In this document: positions 48,883 through 57,880 of the stretch, in pieces
Position numbering within the stretch: the first letter of the stretch is position 1
How the letters are laid out: each line of letters opens with the position of its first letter
IMG/VR virus record: IMGVR_UViG_2897748404_000006
Coordinates: 4,730-68,729 of that record
Reading direction: 5' to 3' (one strand)
DNA: 64,000 bases
DNA from: a virus
Lineage: Duplodnaviria > Caudoviricetes
The notes under the pieces: model-generated
What the model was told of the DNA's origin: nothing
Database searches by the model: none
What the model saw: the letters and a program-made list of their open reading frames with translations, nothing else
Translations under genes and position numbers: made by a program

Positions 48883-49224
48883 TTATAACCGCCTACTGAT
48901 AAGCCTCCTTTCGTAGTGAACACCTATACATTTGCCTTGCGATTCATTGATTTGGTCTACTTCAGTTTTGTCATCATCGATATGGATATCAAAGCCCGAT
49001 AAATACCCGCTTTTTGCTTCGTAGTTGGTAAACTGAATATTTTTTTCTATTCCTAGTTCTCTTGCTACATTTAGTAAATCTTCGTGTACGATATGGACGG
49101 CATTACGCCTCAAGGTTCTTGAGGTGGTTATCCAAACTTCGCTTCCAAGGTCGATATGTTTCTTTGCCAAGTCTTGCATTTCTTCGTATTCTAAAACGCT
49201 ATCGTAATCAAAGCTTATTTTCAT
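48883..49224 (-). CDS. HAD-superfamily-like small protein
   Basis: ISFDYDSVL, WITTSR, K, HIDDD motifs. Confidence 0.65.
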   Translation of the reverse strand: MKISFDYDSVLEYEEMQDLAKKHIDLGSEVWITTSRTLRRNAVHIVHEDLLNVARELGIEKNIQFTNYEAKSGYLSGFDIHIDDDKTEVDQINESQGKCIGVHYERRLISRRL

Positions 49225-49411
49225 TTTCTTCTGTTTTGGAAGCCGCTATGTATGCGATTTCAGATAGGTTAATAAAAAAGATTGGATTGTCGTTTTCGTC
49301 GGAAAATATCTGGAATGTTTTAGCCTCACCTTTTATTATTTTTTCTTTTAAAATTTTCGCAATAGCTACACTGATTTCTACGCGATCCCGATTTTTAAAT
49401 ACTATTGTCAT
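49208..49411 (-). CDS. Hypothetical protein
   Basis: ORF track, operon context. Confidence 0.55.
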   Translation of the reverse strand: MTIVFKNRDRVEISVAIAKILKEKIIKGEAKTFQIFSDENDNPIFFINLSEIAYIAASKTEENENKL

Positions 49412-49580
49412 GTTTTTTATTTATGTTATGGATAAAGGGGGTTTTAGTTTTCTTTAGGATCATAAGTGTGCATCATCATTAAATCAATCGTTACATCATC
49501 CTTACATTGTTCACATACGTAATGTGATCTGGCTTTTTTTATGTATTCGGCTTCACAGCACAATGTTTTATACTTTTCTC

Positions 49581-50024
49581 TCATAACACATTTATCGTTA
49601 CTTCAGTTCGGGGAACAAGCCCGTATATTTTAGTACTACTCACTTTGCATATTCTGGCATCATCCGTAAAAACGATCCCACCCATAGCATCAAACAGCCC
49701 TTTCATTAGATTATCGGTAAGGTCTGGTTTTGTTATTTTATAAATAATCCCGCCCTCTTTTAAGAATGCTAGTTTTTTCTTTGTCCATGATTTCAGGGGA
49801 GGGAATACAAACGTTACTTTTACCCCAATTGCGTTGTCATAAGGAATGTGGTTTAGAGGTAGTTGAGATTTCACGTCGTATGCAATATTCCTTTCATTTT
49901 GCACCACTTCTTTTTTTTGATATGAGGACACAAAACTTTTTCCATTTCTCCCTTTGGCAATTCTAAATCGTGCCGATTGTTTTGCTTGTGGAGTTCCTAG
50001 AATTTTAAAAGATATTTCGCTCAT
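49581..50024 (-). CDS. rusA: RusA-family Holliday junction resolvase
   Basis: G.P.AKQ.AR, KPDLTDNLMKGLFDAMGGIVFTDDARI, K.Y...PR.EV.I motifs. Confidence 0.9.
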   Translation of the reverse strand: MSEISFKILGTPQAKQSARFRIAKGRNGKSFVSSYQKKEVVQNERNIAYDVKSQLPLNHIPYDNAIGVKVTFVFPPLKSWTKKKLAFLKEGGIIYKITKPDLTDNLMKGLFDAMGGIVFTDDARICKVSSTKIYGLVPRTEVTINVL

Positions 50025-50164
50025 ATATATAAAAAAATAAACCCCCGATAAAGAGGGTTTATGAAATTCAAGACTTTAGGTCATTAGCTAACCTACACAG
50101 AAACCACTCTGTTTTTTTTAAATTTTAACAAAATAAATTTGCTTTAAACATACTTACACCAGTA

Positions 50165-50240
50165 CAAATATACAAAAAAGATACATTTTATCCACTTAAA
50201 GTGGATAATATATCCACTTTAAGTGGATGTATTATCCATT
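50165..50240. promoter_or_regulatory. Leftward promoter with tandem palindromic operators
   Basis: Minus-strand TATATTTG at 50165-50172; palindromes TTATCCACTT-A-AAGTGGATAA (50188-50208) and ATCCACTT-T-AAGTGGAT (50212-50228); half-site at 50232-50240. Confidence 0.7.
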
Positions 50241-50455
50241 AACTATTTTACAAAATATTGTAAATGAATTATTTAAGTCAAAAAAAACCCATATAGACAA
50301 ATTTATTTGACTTTTTTTTTGTTTTTATATGCTATAATTTTTTTTTCATTATATTTATTTGAATATCAGCAGTTTATAATTTTAACATAAAAAAACATTA
50401 TTTTAATTAAGAAAATTTTATATATCTTAGACTCGAAATTTATTGACGACTCTAC

Positions 50456-50788
50456 ATGAAACCGCTAAATGCCTTTAAACTAATTACTTTCATTACTGTT
50501 CTAGTGATACTTTGTTTTTTGGATCATTCTTTTTCTTTTCTTGTTTTCATTATTTTCATAGCCTTAAACCTATCATTTACCCTTGCTTTGCGTTGGTTTG
50601 CGTATCGTACTACAAGACTTGTTGCGTTTAGAAGAACTCTATTCAATAACGATATTCAAAACGAAACCGATTTTTATAACCATTTACCAAGCTTCAACAA
50701 AATGTTGTACTCTGTAAAACCTTTACTCCTTGAAGAGTGGCAAGCTAAAACCAATAGCGACAATGAAAAAACAAAAATTCCCAATTGA
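50456..50788 (+). CDS. Membrane protein (2 TM)
   Basis: ORF track; hydrophobic N-terminal half. Confidence 0.6.
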   Translation: MKPLNAFKLITFITVLVILCFLDHSFSFLVFIIFIALNLSFTLALRWFAYRTTRLVAFRRTLFNNDIQNETDFYNHLPSFNKMLYSVKPLLLEEWQAKTNSDNEKTKIPN

Positions 50789-51401
50789 ACAATTAGAAAA
50801 CACAGTAAAGGACTTGTGGATATGTAATGTGTACCATTCAAAAATGAATTTACCTTTGCTTTTTTTTGCTGATAAAATTTCTGACCATTTTGATTTTGGA
50901 ATAAGTAAAAACGAAGTAAAATCGAGAGTTATAGAACATTTAAAAGACTACAAACCAACACAGGAAGAAATAGACGACTGCATAGATCGATGTGAGAACG
51001 AAGGGAAAGCGAACCGACCTCGAATTAAGGTTATTGATCTTACCGACATAGATATTCCCGAAGAGGTAATGGATGCAGTGAAAGCCACGGTTACGGAAAT
51101 TTTCAATGTTGATTTTGAAGAACTACAAAACACCAATCGATACAAAGAGGAAGAACGTAAGTTTCTTTTAAAAACGATAGCCGAACATGAGGATGATATC
51201 ATTGCGGGGATGCAAGACAACTCGAAAGGTAAGGAATACCAAACGGCTAATACCATGCATCATATTTCAGAACTTATGTTTCTTAAAATAAAAATAGAAA
51301 AAGAAGTTCAAGAAAAAGCAAACCATGATCTTTTAGACTGTATCGTAGATATAAAACGAATCATTAATCATTGTAAGCCTTTTGTTGAAATAGTAGCCTA
51401 A
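50730..51401 (+). CDS. Hypothetical protein (start probably at 50763)
   Basis: ORF track. Confidence 0.65.
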   Translation: MKSGKLKPIATMKKQKFPIEQLENTVKDLWICNVYHSKMNLPLLFFADKISDHFDFGISKNEVKSRVIEHLKDYKPTQEEIDDCIDRCENEGKANRPRIKVIDLTDIDIPEEVMDAVKATVTEIFNVDFEELQNTNRYKEEERKFLLKTIAEHEDDIIAGMQDNSKGKEYQTANTMHHISELMFLKIKIEKEVQEKANHDLLDCIVDIKRIINHCKPFVEIVA

Positions 51402-51404
51402 ACG

Positions 51405-51578
51405 ATGGATAAGGCTATCAACATATTAGAACCGATACGTATCGATATTTACGAGGACTATTACAAGTTCTTAACCAAAAACGGCAAAGAGCCTTGTCCT
51501 GAAAAAATACAACATTATTACATAGATCACAACGGGAACAGGATATGTCTTGGGGAGCAGATGGTTATTGTAAGGTAA
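51405..51578 (+). CDS. Small hypothetical protein (57 aa)
   Basis: Hand translation MDKAINILEPIRIDIYEDYYKFL... Confidence 0.45.
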   Translation: MDKAINILEPIRIDIYEDYYKFLTKNGKEPCPEKIQHYYIDHNGNRICLGEQMVIVR

Positions 51579-51619
51579 CCATAAGACCTGTTCCCGTTAT
51601 AAAATAAAACTCAAAAATT

Positions 51620-52426
51620 ATGAAACAAAAAAAACTAAACACACTTTTAGGCTTAACGGATCACTTACGATTCCAGTACAAAGCAATGGTTAATGATTAC
51701 AATAAGTTTTTTTCTAATAAACAAGGGGCATTTACTGGAGAAAAATCGACCTACACCCCAAAAGACGGGACAATGGACGTACCTAGTAAACGAAACAACA
51801 AACGAGTAACCACTACGGTTAAAGAAAAACTCGATTATTTTATAGAGAATACAGGCGATTTTATAGATGCTTTATTCTCGCAAGAACGCACCAATGCAGG
51901 GGGAACAGTAAAAGCCGAATTAATTATTGAGGGGGACTCTTGGGGAGAGTTTACCGTGTTAGAATTATTGCGGTTACGTTCCCTTGTTGAAGGTACGGAG
52001 TTAGGAAAATTAAGCACTATGATAGAGTCAATTCCGGTACGTTCGGACTCTGAATATTGGAACAAGTCCGAGAATGAAGAACATACCGGACGGGATATCT
52101 ACGAAACAGCCTTAACTACTGGAGTAAATAAGTCAACGGTAAAAACGCCTTTTATCCCTTTAGACCCCAACTTACAAGGAAAAGAATTGCCTGTAAATTA
52201 TCAAGCCCCTGTGGTTACTAAAGACGAAATCCTTGAATTAGGAGATTATTCGCACCAAAAATTTTCTGGCGAAATTTCCCATAGAGAACGAGCAATGATG
52301 TTACTAAGAAGGAACACCCTTGCTACTGCGATAACCAAGGCATTGAAAGAGGCAAATGACTGCCCTGTAGAAGAATCGGAACTAACAGGGAAAAGAATAT
52401 TTAATTATTTGTTTTACGGTAATTAA
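51620..52426 (+). CDS. Conserved uncharacterised 268-aa protein preceding a structured ncRNA
   Basis: KLNTLL..., G..STY.PKD, ELL.L, W, KFSG.IS..ER..L.R...L..A...AL.EAN, IFNYLF; from memory it resembles a phage/actinobacterial family of unknown function. Confidence 0.75.
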   Translation: MKQKKLNTLLGLTDHLRFQYKAMVNDYNKFFSNKQGAFTGEKSTYTPKDGTMDVPSKRNNKRVTTTVKEKLDYFIENTGDFIDALFSQERTNAGGTVKAELIIEGDSWGEFTVLELLRLRSLVEGTELGKLSTMIESIPVRSDSEYWNKSENEEHTGRDIYETALTTGVNKSTVKTPFIPLDPNLQGKELPVNYQAPVVTKDEILELGDYSHQKFSGEISHRERAMMLLRRNTLATAITKALKEANDCPVEESELTGKRIFNYLFYGN

Positions 52427-52433
52427 AGATAAT

Positions 52434-52715
52434 GACTACAGCGATAGCTTTAACTTCAACTTTAGCAAGAATACTCGGTTATTTTTCTGTGTTGTGTCAT
52501 AGCTTTACCTATAGTCTTAATGGTGATAATACTAATTAGCATACTACAACAAACGGTCACGGGTTCGAGTCCCGTACCGCCCTCCAAGATTACCCTAGAA
52601 AGGGCGGTTAGTTCAGTTGGTAGAACATTTGGTACTTGGTGTAAGACATAGGCTAATTAAATGTAGAATCACACAAAAACCCCCCAGACCAGAAGGAAAT
52701 TGATCTCTGGGGGGT
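52434..52715 (+). ncRNA. Structured ncRNA with hexamer repeats and a circularly permuted tRNA-like (YrlA-like) domain
   Basis: T-arm ACGGG-TTCGAGT-CCCGT (52559-52575), then ACCGCCC-T-CCA (52576-52586), a loop, GGGCGGT (52602-52608) and D-arm GTTC-AGTTGGTA-GAAC (52611-52626). Closed by CAAA/TTTG, TAATTAGC/GCTAATTA and GTGAT/ATCAC; terminal hairpin at 52679-52715. Confidence 0.8.
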
Positions 52716-52728
52716 ATATTAAACATAT

Positions 52729-52852
52729 GGCGGGATGGTGGAACTGGTAGACACACATTGATATTTGATTCAATTTCCTTCCTCGTTACTGTCTTATAGA
52801 CCGAGTTCAAACATAGACAAGAGGATTACAGGTTCGAGTCCTGTTCCTGCCA
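52729..52852 (+). tRNA. Atypical tRNA-like gene (Leu-type D-arm, non-canonical anticodon loop, ~50-nt extra arm)
   Basis: Acceptor GGCGGGA/TCCTGCC-A, D-arm GTGGAACTGGTAGACAC, T-arm ACAGG-TTCGAGT-CCTGT. ATTGA/TCAAT stem with an 8-nt loop; no encoded CCA; anticodon not assignable. Confidence 0.6.
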
Positions 52853-52872
52853 CTAAAGTAATATAGATCAAT

Positions 52873-53334
52873 ATGGAAGATAAAAACACTAGAAATAAAA
52901 CCTTGTTATCTTTTTTTAAAAAGACACTGCGCACGGATAAAATACACTTAAACCGAAACTTAAATTCGCCCGCATTTATCTATGATTACAAAAAAGTTTT
53001 AGCCTGTACCGTTAGGGAATCAGAATTACTTTTAAAAGAAGACTATAGAGGTCGTGTTTTAGATACTTTAGAGATCACCAAAAATATTACCTATGATCCG
53101 AAAAAACTAAAAGAGTGGTTTAAGAACAGTACCCATAGAAAGTGCTATACTATTAGGGTTAAAGATAAAACACTTAGATTAGCAGGGTGGAATTTTTTGT
53201 TTCCAGACAAAAATAACCCAAAGGGAAAATACCCTGTTTTTTCAGAAGAACAGTTTAATATATATTTTCAGAAACATATTGCCGAAGACATTGCCTTTAA
53301 TTATGCCGAAGGGGTGGAATTGGTGGTAGAATAA
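52873..53334 (+). CDS. Hypothetical protein
   Basis: ORF track. Confidence 0.65.
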   Translation: MEDKNTRNKTLLSFFKKTLRTDKIHLNRNLNSPAFIYDYKKVLACTVRESELLLKEDYRGRVLDTLEITKNITYDPKKLKEWFKNSTHRKCYTIRVKDKTLRLAGWNFLFPDKNNPKGKYPVFSEEQFNIYFQKHIAEDIAFNYAEGVELVVE

Positions 53335-53346
53335 ACCGTATAAAAA

Positions 53347-53601
53347 ATGAAAGAAGAAGATGAATTTTTGCAAGAATATGAAACAAGCTTTTTCACAGGC
53401 TCAAGATATTACGACCTACTAACCAAAAGAGGAAGAACATCTATGCCAACGTATACAAAATATACACATCGGTATCCTACAGGAATGTGGGAACTAGAGA
53501 AAGCCTATAAGATCACACAAGACCCAAAACAAAAAAACAGGTTTGTAAAAAGACCTAATAAAATATTAGTAGACAAATTCCCTAAAATGTTTGGATTATG
53601 A
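53347..53601 (+). CDS. Hypothetical protein
   Basis: ORF track. Confidence 0.6.
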   Translation: MKEEDEFLQEYETSFFTGSRYYDLLTKRGRTSMPTYTKYTHRYPTGMWELEKAYKITQDPKQKNRFVKRPNKILVDKFPKMFGL

Positions 53602-54026
53602 TTAATTTATTTGAAACACCGAGCCTCTATAAACCAAGAAAGAAACATCGATTCTTAACGTATAAAAACGGACTGATTGTAAGTTATCTTTTTGTATACC
53701 TACTCTTTTCATCCTTGATTCTTGCTTTTATTTTTTTAGTCATGGCATTTTTTGATAAAAGCGCACTTTTCCTATTACACATCTCCACTTTATCCCTATA
53801 TGTAGGAGTTGCAATTTATTACGGTGTAATATTCTCCCTTCTGTATCTATATCACTGGAATAAAAACAAACTTGTTTTTACAGCGTCGGAAATGTCGCAT
53901 ATAGGAGCATTTAAAACCATTGGCGAAAAAATCAATGTTTCTGATGGAAACGGTTTTAGTATACCCGTAAAGATTACTAAAATCACAAAGCGCAAAAACG
54001 GCACGTATATAATCCGGTACAGATGA
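53598..54026 (+). CDS. Membrane protein (2 TM)
   Basis: ORF track; ATGA coupling. Confidence 0.6.
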   Translation: MINLFETPSLYKPRKKHRFLTYKNGLIVSYLFVYLLFSSLILAFIFLVMAFFDKSALFLLHISTLSLYVGVAIYYGVIFSLLYLYHWNKNKLVFTASEMSHIGAFKTIGEKINVSDGNGFSIPVKITKITKRKNGTYIIRYR

Positions 54027-54171
54027 AGAAGAAACCAACCTATGTGATTAACGATAAATTTTACCCCCATTCTATACACTGCTATACCTGTGGTAAAACC
54101 AGTTATAACCATATGGACGTAAAAGAAAAATACTGCGGTCATTGTAATAAATTTCACGAATTCAATGCAAA

Positions 54172-54336
54172 ATGAAACTAAGAAAAGACCAAGTTATACA
54201 AATCGTACTAAGCATTGCTATAGTACTTGCTTGTATTGGTTATATGTATATACATGGCTTTTCATTCTTAGTTTTTACCGTTGGATTTATCAATGCCTTA
54301 GTTACAGTATTATTGCTGTTTTATAAAATGAAATAA
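54172..54336 (+). CDS. Small 2-TM protein (54 aa)
   Basis: Hand translation MKLRKDQVIQIVLSIAIVLACIGYMYIHGFSFLVFTVGFINALVTVLLLFYKMK. Confidence 0.5.
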   Translation: MKLRKDQVIQIVLSIAIVLACIGYMYIHGFSFLVFTVGFINALVTVLLLFYKMK

Positions 54337-54348
54337 TAAACCAAAAAT

Positions 54349-54747
54349 ATGAAACAATTAGAAACAGATCCCGTGCTAAAAGAATGGTACGATTCTAGAC
54401 CAAAAATTATCCAACAATTATACGAAAAATGCCCTTTTGGTGAATACATTATCAGTAATGACGCACCTTACGCGCTTACCTGCCCAGGTACTACAGTAGA
54501 AGTTATCGGCTACAGAATAACAGGCGAAATAATCGTAAAACTCCTAAGAGAAAATATGCTGCCCGAAGCACTAAAACACGAAGCCGAACTTATAGAAAAA
54601 TACCAAACACCAAAAGAAAATATAGAAACTATAATTACAGCAGATGGAATGAAAACAGTAGTAGAACCAGAACACTTAATACCCAAAAAAAAAGACCGAC
54701 CGGACACCACTTTACCTTTGTCCAATCGGTCAAACGTGAAAATTTAG
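54349..54747 (+). CDS. Hypothetical protein
   Basis: ORF track. Confidence 0.65.
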   Translation: MKQLETDPVLKEWYDSRPKIIQQLYEKCPFGEYIISNDAPYALTCPGTTVEVIGYRITGEIIVKLLRENMLPEALKHEAELIEKYQTPKENIETIITADGMKTVVEPEHLIPKKKDRPDTTLPLSNRSNVKI

Positions 54748-54782
54748 ACGTAAAATTCTCATCTCAAATATAGTATTTTAAA

Positions 54783-55034
54783 ATGAATCAAACCATACAA
54801 CAATTTAGCCAGTGGATCAGAGGGCAGCCCGAATACATAAAAAGAACCTCTCAAGGGTGGCATATAAAAGCCCAAGAAGAGACAACAACCATTATTATAT
54901 ACGATCCCGACGGGTGGGATAGAACAAACTTTGATTACTCCTTTTTTGAGGAATATATCACCGCCAAAGAATTTGAAAAAAGAATGATAAACTCAACTAT
55001 AATGTTTGGAAAGCATGAACGAACAAGAGATTAG
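54783..55034 (+). CDS. Conserved small phage protein (IYDPDGWDRTNF motif)
   Basis: ORF track; DPDGWDR...SF.E.IT..EF..R motif is common in phages. Confidence 0.65.
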   Translation: MNQTIQQFSQWIRGQPEYIKRTSQGWHIKAQEETTTIIIYDPDGWDRTNFDYSFFEEYITAKEFEKRMINSTIMFGKHERTRD

Positions 55035-55452
55035 AGAACTGTATAAAAAAACCCCGCCATCGCTACTACTAGACTACCTCGTACAAGAAATAATGCAAGG
55101 ACAAGAACTCATATCAGGAATAGAACAAACAGCAGATCGAATAAAAAACTCACAGGAATATATGCACTACCTAGAAGATACCTACGAGATCGCTATAGAA
55201 AAAGCAAATACCATCATAAATACCTCTATGAAACGAGGGAGTCTACTAAAAGAAGTTCTGATAAAATTCTTTATAGGCGTAGGACTATTTATTATCATAG
55301 ACCTCGCTCTTACCCTAGACCTATTGTTCTTTAAAGCAGTCCCTACCAAAACAATTGCTATACTGCGAACTTATGATTTTTCCCTCTTTATGATCTTTGT
55401 CCTGTCCCTATCTATTTATGTCAGAATAAAAATGAAAAAAATAAAGAAATGA
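55006..55452 (+). CDS. Membrane protein (2 C-terminal TM)
   Basis: ORF track. Confidence 0.6.
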   Translation: MESMNEQEIRELYKKTPPSLLLDYLVQEIMQGQELISGIEQTADRIKNSQEYMHYLEDTYEIAIEKANTIINTSMKRGSLLKEVLIKFFIGVGLFIIIDLALTLDLLFFKAVPTKTIAILRTYDFSLFMIFVLSLSIYVRIKMKKIKK

Positions 55453-55631
55453 CCATAATAACTGATAGAATAACAAACGTAGAATATAAAGATAATACCC
55501 TCTCGTTACATTGGAGTAAATCCGGTATTCATTCCTTTACAGAAATAGAACCTAACACTTGGATATCCAAGAAAAGTAAAAAACTATGCTCTAAAAAAAT
55601 GAACGACTTTTTAAATAACCTGAAAAAATAA
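55449..55631 (+). CDS. Hypothetical protein
   Basis: ORF track; coupled. Confidence 0.55.
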   Translation: MTIITDRITNVEYKDNTLSLHWSKSGIHSFTEIEPNTWISKKSKKLCSKKMNDFLNNLKK

Positions 55632-55635
55632 AGAA

Positions 55636-56121
55636 ATGAGTATATATAACCTCTTAAACCCTACCAGACCAGAAACTTGCCACGTTCTGCCATTATTAGG
55701 AAAACACCCTAGAAAAGAATATCCAAGGTTTAGAAATAGCTTTCTTACCGAAGAAAAAAAAATAGTCCTTATGACTAGAACAGGAGGCGGTAATAGAAAA
55801 GCTTATAAAATAGAAAATAGAGCCATAAAAAAACACCCTAACTACCTCTATGACTATGACGACCCCTTCGATAAAACATTCGCATACTGGTTCTTCTCTG
55901 TACCCGAAGAGTTTGAAAATGATGTAACACTAATTCTACTAAACCTATTTAAAGGAACTTCAAAAGAATACCAAAATACCATTAAAACCATAATGATAGA
56001 ACAAAAAGAACAACTCGAAATATTATACGAAGGAACAGCCGAAAGTATACCTATACAACCAGTTTCCGAAGATTGGATAAAAAGCCATATAAAAAACTCT
56101 ATTGAAGCAATGAAAAAATGA
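55636..56121 (+). CDS. Conserved phage protein (TRTGGGNR...HPNYL.D.DD.FD.T.A motif)
   Basis: ORF track; motif familiar from uncharacterised phage proteins. Confidence 0.65.
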   Translation: MSIYNLLNPTRPETCHVLPLLGKHPRKEYPRFRNSFLTEEKKIVLMTRTGGGNRKAYKIENRAIKKHPNYLYDYDDPFDKTFAYWFFSVPEEFENDVTLILLNLFKGTSKEYQNTIKTIMIEQKEQLEILYEGTAESIPIQPVSEDWIKSHIKNSIEAMKK

Positions 56122-56525
56122 AAGTCATTATTGCCGGAGGACGAGATTTTGACGACTACCAATTTTTGAAAAAAAAATGTGACGAAATACTAAAAAAACT
56201 AACCAAAATAAAAATCGTCACAGGTAAACAAAAATCCTACGACAAAAAAACAAAACACTACTACGGAGCAGACTACTACGGAGAAAAATATGCAGAAGAA
56301 AAAGGACACATCATCGTAGAATTCCCCGCAGATTGGGACAACTTAGGACTAGCAGCCGGAGCAATACGAAATAAACAAATGGCTCAATATGCCGATGCAC
56401 TTATCGCCTTTTGGGATGGTCAATCAAAAGGAACTAAAAATATGATCGACCAAGCAAAAAAACTAAACCTTAAAACCAGAGTCATTACATATACCAAACA
56501 TGAAAGTCACCATAGGAACACATAA
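56118..56525 (+). CDS. YspA/SLOG-family protein (DUF2493-like)
   Basis: MKVIIAGGRDF.DY, GAD..GE.YA, FPADW..LG.AAG.IRN.QMA.YADALIAFWDG.SKGT.NMI motifs. Confidence 0.88.
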   Translation: MKVIIAGGRDFDDYQFLKKKCDEILKKLTKIKIVTGKQKSYDKKTKHYYGADYYGEKYAEEKGHIIVEFPADWDNLGLAAGAIRNKQMAQYADALIAFWDGQSKGTKNMIDQAKKLNLKTRVITYTKHESHHRNT

Positions 56526-56694
56526 AGGATTTGAAGGAGATCAAGCTTGGTTTACTATCCATAACCAAACCTTTTTCCTGCAACCCGTAGAATCTCCAGA
56601 ACTCGCACAATGGTACGCTAAAAACCTTAAAATAGCCATTGAAAAACTAGACGTAAAAGTAAAGAAAACCAAAAAAAGCCCATACGACCTATGA
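56500..56694 (+). CDS. Hypothetical protein
   Basis: ORF track; part of a coupled chain of small ORFs. Confidence 0.55.
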   Translation: MKVTIGTHKGFEGDQAWFTIHNQTFFLQPVESPELAQWYAKNLKIAIEKLDVKVKKTKKSPYDL

Positions 56695-56882
56695 TAAAAG
56701 AAGAAGTAGAAAAACTTACCGACGAAGTAAGAAGCATTATGAAAAAAGGAAAACTCCCATATGCCTTACTTACCCTAGAACCCGAAGAAATGGAGATACA
56801 AGCAAGTGGAACACTAAACGATGATATGTTCGTCATAGTCCTTGAAGAAATCCTATCAAAAATGAAATCAAAAACAAAATGA
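56691..56882 (+). CDS. Hypothetical protein
   Basis: ORF track; ATGA coupling. Confidence 0.55.
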   Translation: MIKEEVEKLTDEVRSIMKKGKLPYALLTLEPEEMEIQASGTLNDDMFVIVLEEILSKMKSKTK

Positions 56883-57127
56883 CACGAAAAGAACAAATTG
56901 AAAAGTATTTTAATGATCCTGTCATAAAAAACTATCAAACACAACTTAAAAACCTGTTCCTTCATAGTCCAAAAACCCTAGTCCTAAAAGATAATGAAGA
57001 GATATACCATTACCCCGAAGAAACACACAAAAAAGCCTCGGAACTATGGAGACTAACTCTAAAACATACAGCAAATAATTACCCCGAAATTAAACCCGAT
57101 AGAGACGGTGAAATACACAATAAATGA
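56879..57127 (+). CDS. Hypothetical protein
   Basis: ORF track; ATGA coupling. Confidence 0.55.
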   Translation: MTRKEQIEKYFNDPVIKNYQTQLKNLFLHSPKTLVLKDNEEIYHYPEETHKKASELWRLTLKHTANNYPEIKPDRDGEIHNK

Positions 57128-57321
57128 AAAATAAACCACCAACCAACTCATTAGCAGAATTTGCAGTAAAAACCCTTAAAGAATACGCACACCAAAATCA
57201 ACTACCACCAAGATCAACAAGCGACCTATCACCCCTAGAAAAATGGCTTATCGAGAAATTACTATACAGAGATATAATCATAAAAGACCTACTCTATGAT
57301 ACTAAAGATAAAACTAAATAG
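57124..57321 (+). CDS. Hypothetical protein
   Basis: ORF track; ATGA coupling. Confidence 0.55.
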   Translation: MKNKPPTNSLAEFAVKTLKEYAHQNQLPPRSTSDLSPLEKWLIEKLLYRDIIIKDLLYDTKDKTK

Positions 57322-57350
57322 CTATATTTAATACCTTAAAATACAAGACT

Positions 57351-57653
57351 ATGACCAAAGAACAAGCGATACAACTCATAGAAACCAAACAAAAAGAAAA
57401 ACATATCCTACTCAATCAACTCGAAAAAATTAAAAATGAAGTCGAATACTTTATCGATAATGTCGAAACCTCAAATAAAACCGTAGAAGACGTAGAGAAT
57501 ACAGACCGCCAATCAAGAGAAGTGCTAATGCAACTCTATGACATAAATACAGACCTTCTCTTAGCCTATGTAGTCCTTGAGAAAAATATCTCCATACTCG
57601 CAGCAGAAAACGCAATGTACGAGCCTTATATCGAAAAACTAATGAATAAATAG
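57351..57653 (+). CDS. Hypothetical coiled-coil protein
   Basis: ORF track. Confidence 0.6.
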   Translation: MTKEQAIQLIETKQKEKHILLNQLEKIKNEVEYFIDNVETSNKTVEDVENTDRQSREVLMQLYDINTDLLLAYVVLEKNISILAAENAMYEPYIEKLMNK

Positions 57654-57667
57654 AAATACGCTGAAAT

Positions 57668-57880
57668 ATGACACCAGAACAAGCAAATAAACTTAAAATA
57701 AATGATAAAGTCCTGTATAGAAAATCAGAAGTATATACCCTAGAAGAACAAGGGTTTATTGACGAAATAAAACACTTCCCCAATGACTACGAACTTATCA
57801 ACGGTGAACTTATTAGACACTACAAAATGACCGATCCCGAAGCATATCAAGCTATTGAACAATACCTTAAAAAGAATTAA
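57668..57880 (+). CDS. Hypothetical protein
   Basis: ORF track. Confidence 0.55.
   Translation: MTPEQANKLKINDKVLYRKSEVYTLEEQGFIDEIKHFPNDYELINGELIRHYKMTDPEAYQAIEQYLKKN

Noticed and set aside
50188-50240. DnaA boxes / chromosomal origin
   Set aside because: TTATCCACT is one mismatch from TTATCCACA, but the sites form perfect dyads over a promoter and an iteron origin exists elsewhere; an operator is more parsimonious.
52523-52672. Two-piece (permuted) tmRNA or a normal tRNA
   Set aside because: It has a full D-arm, no G3:U70 alanine determinant, discriminator U, no tag reading frame and no anticodon loop.
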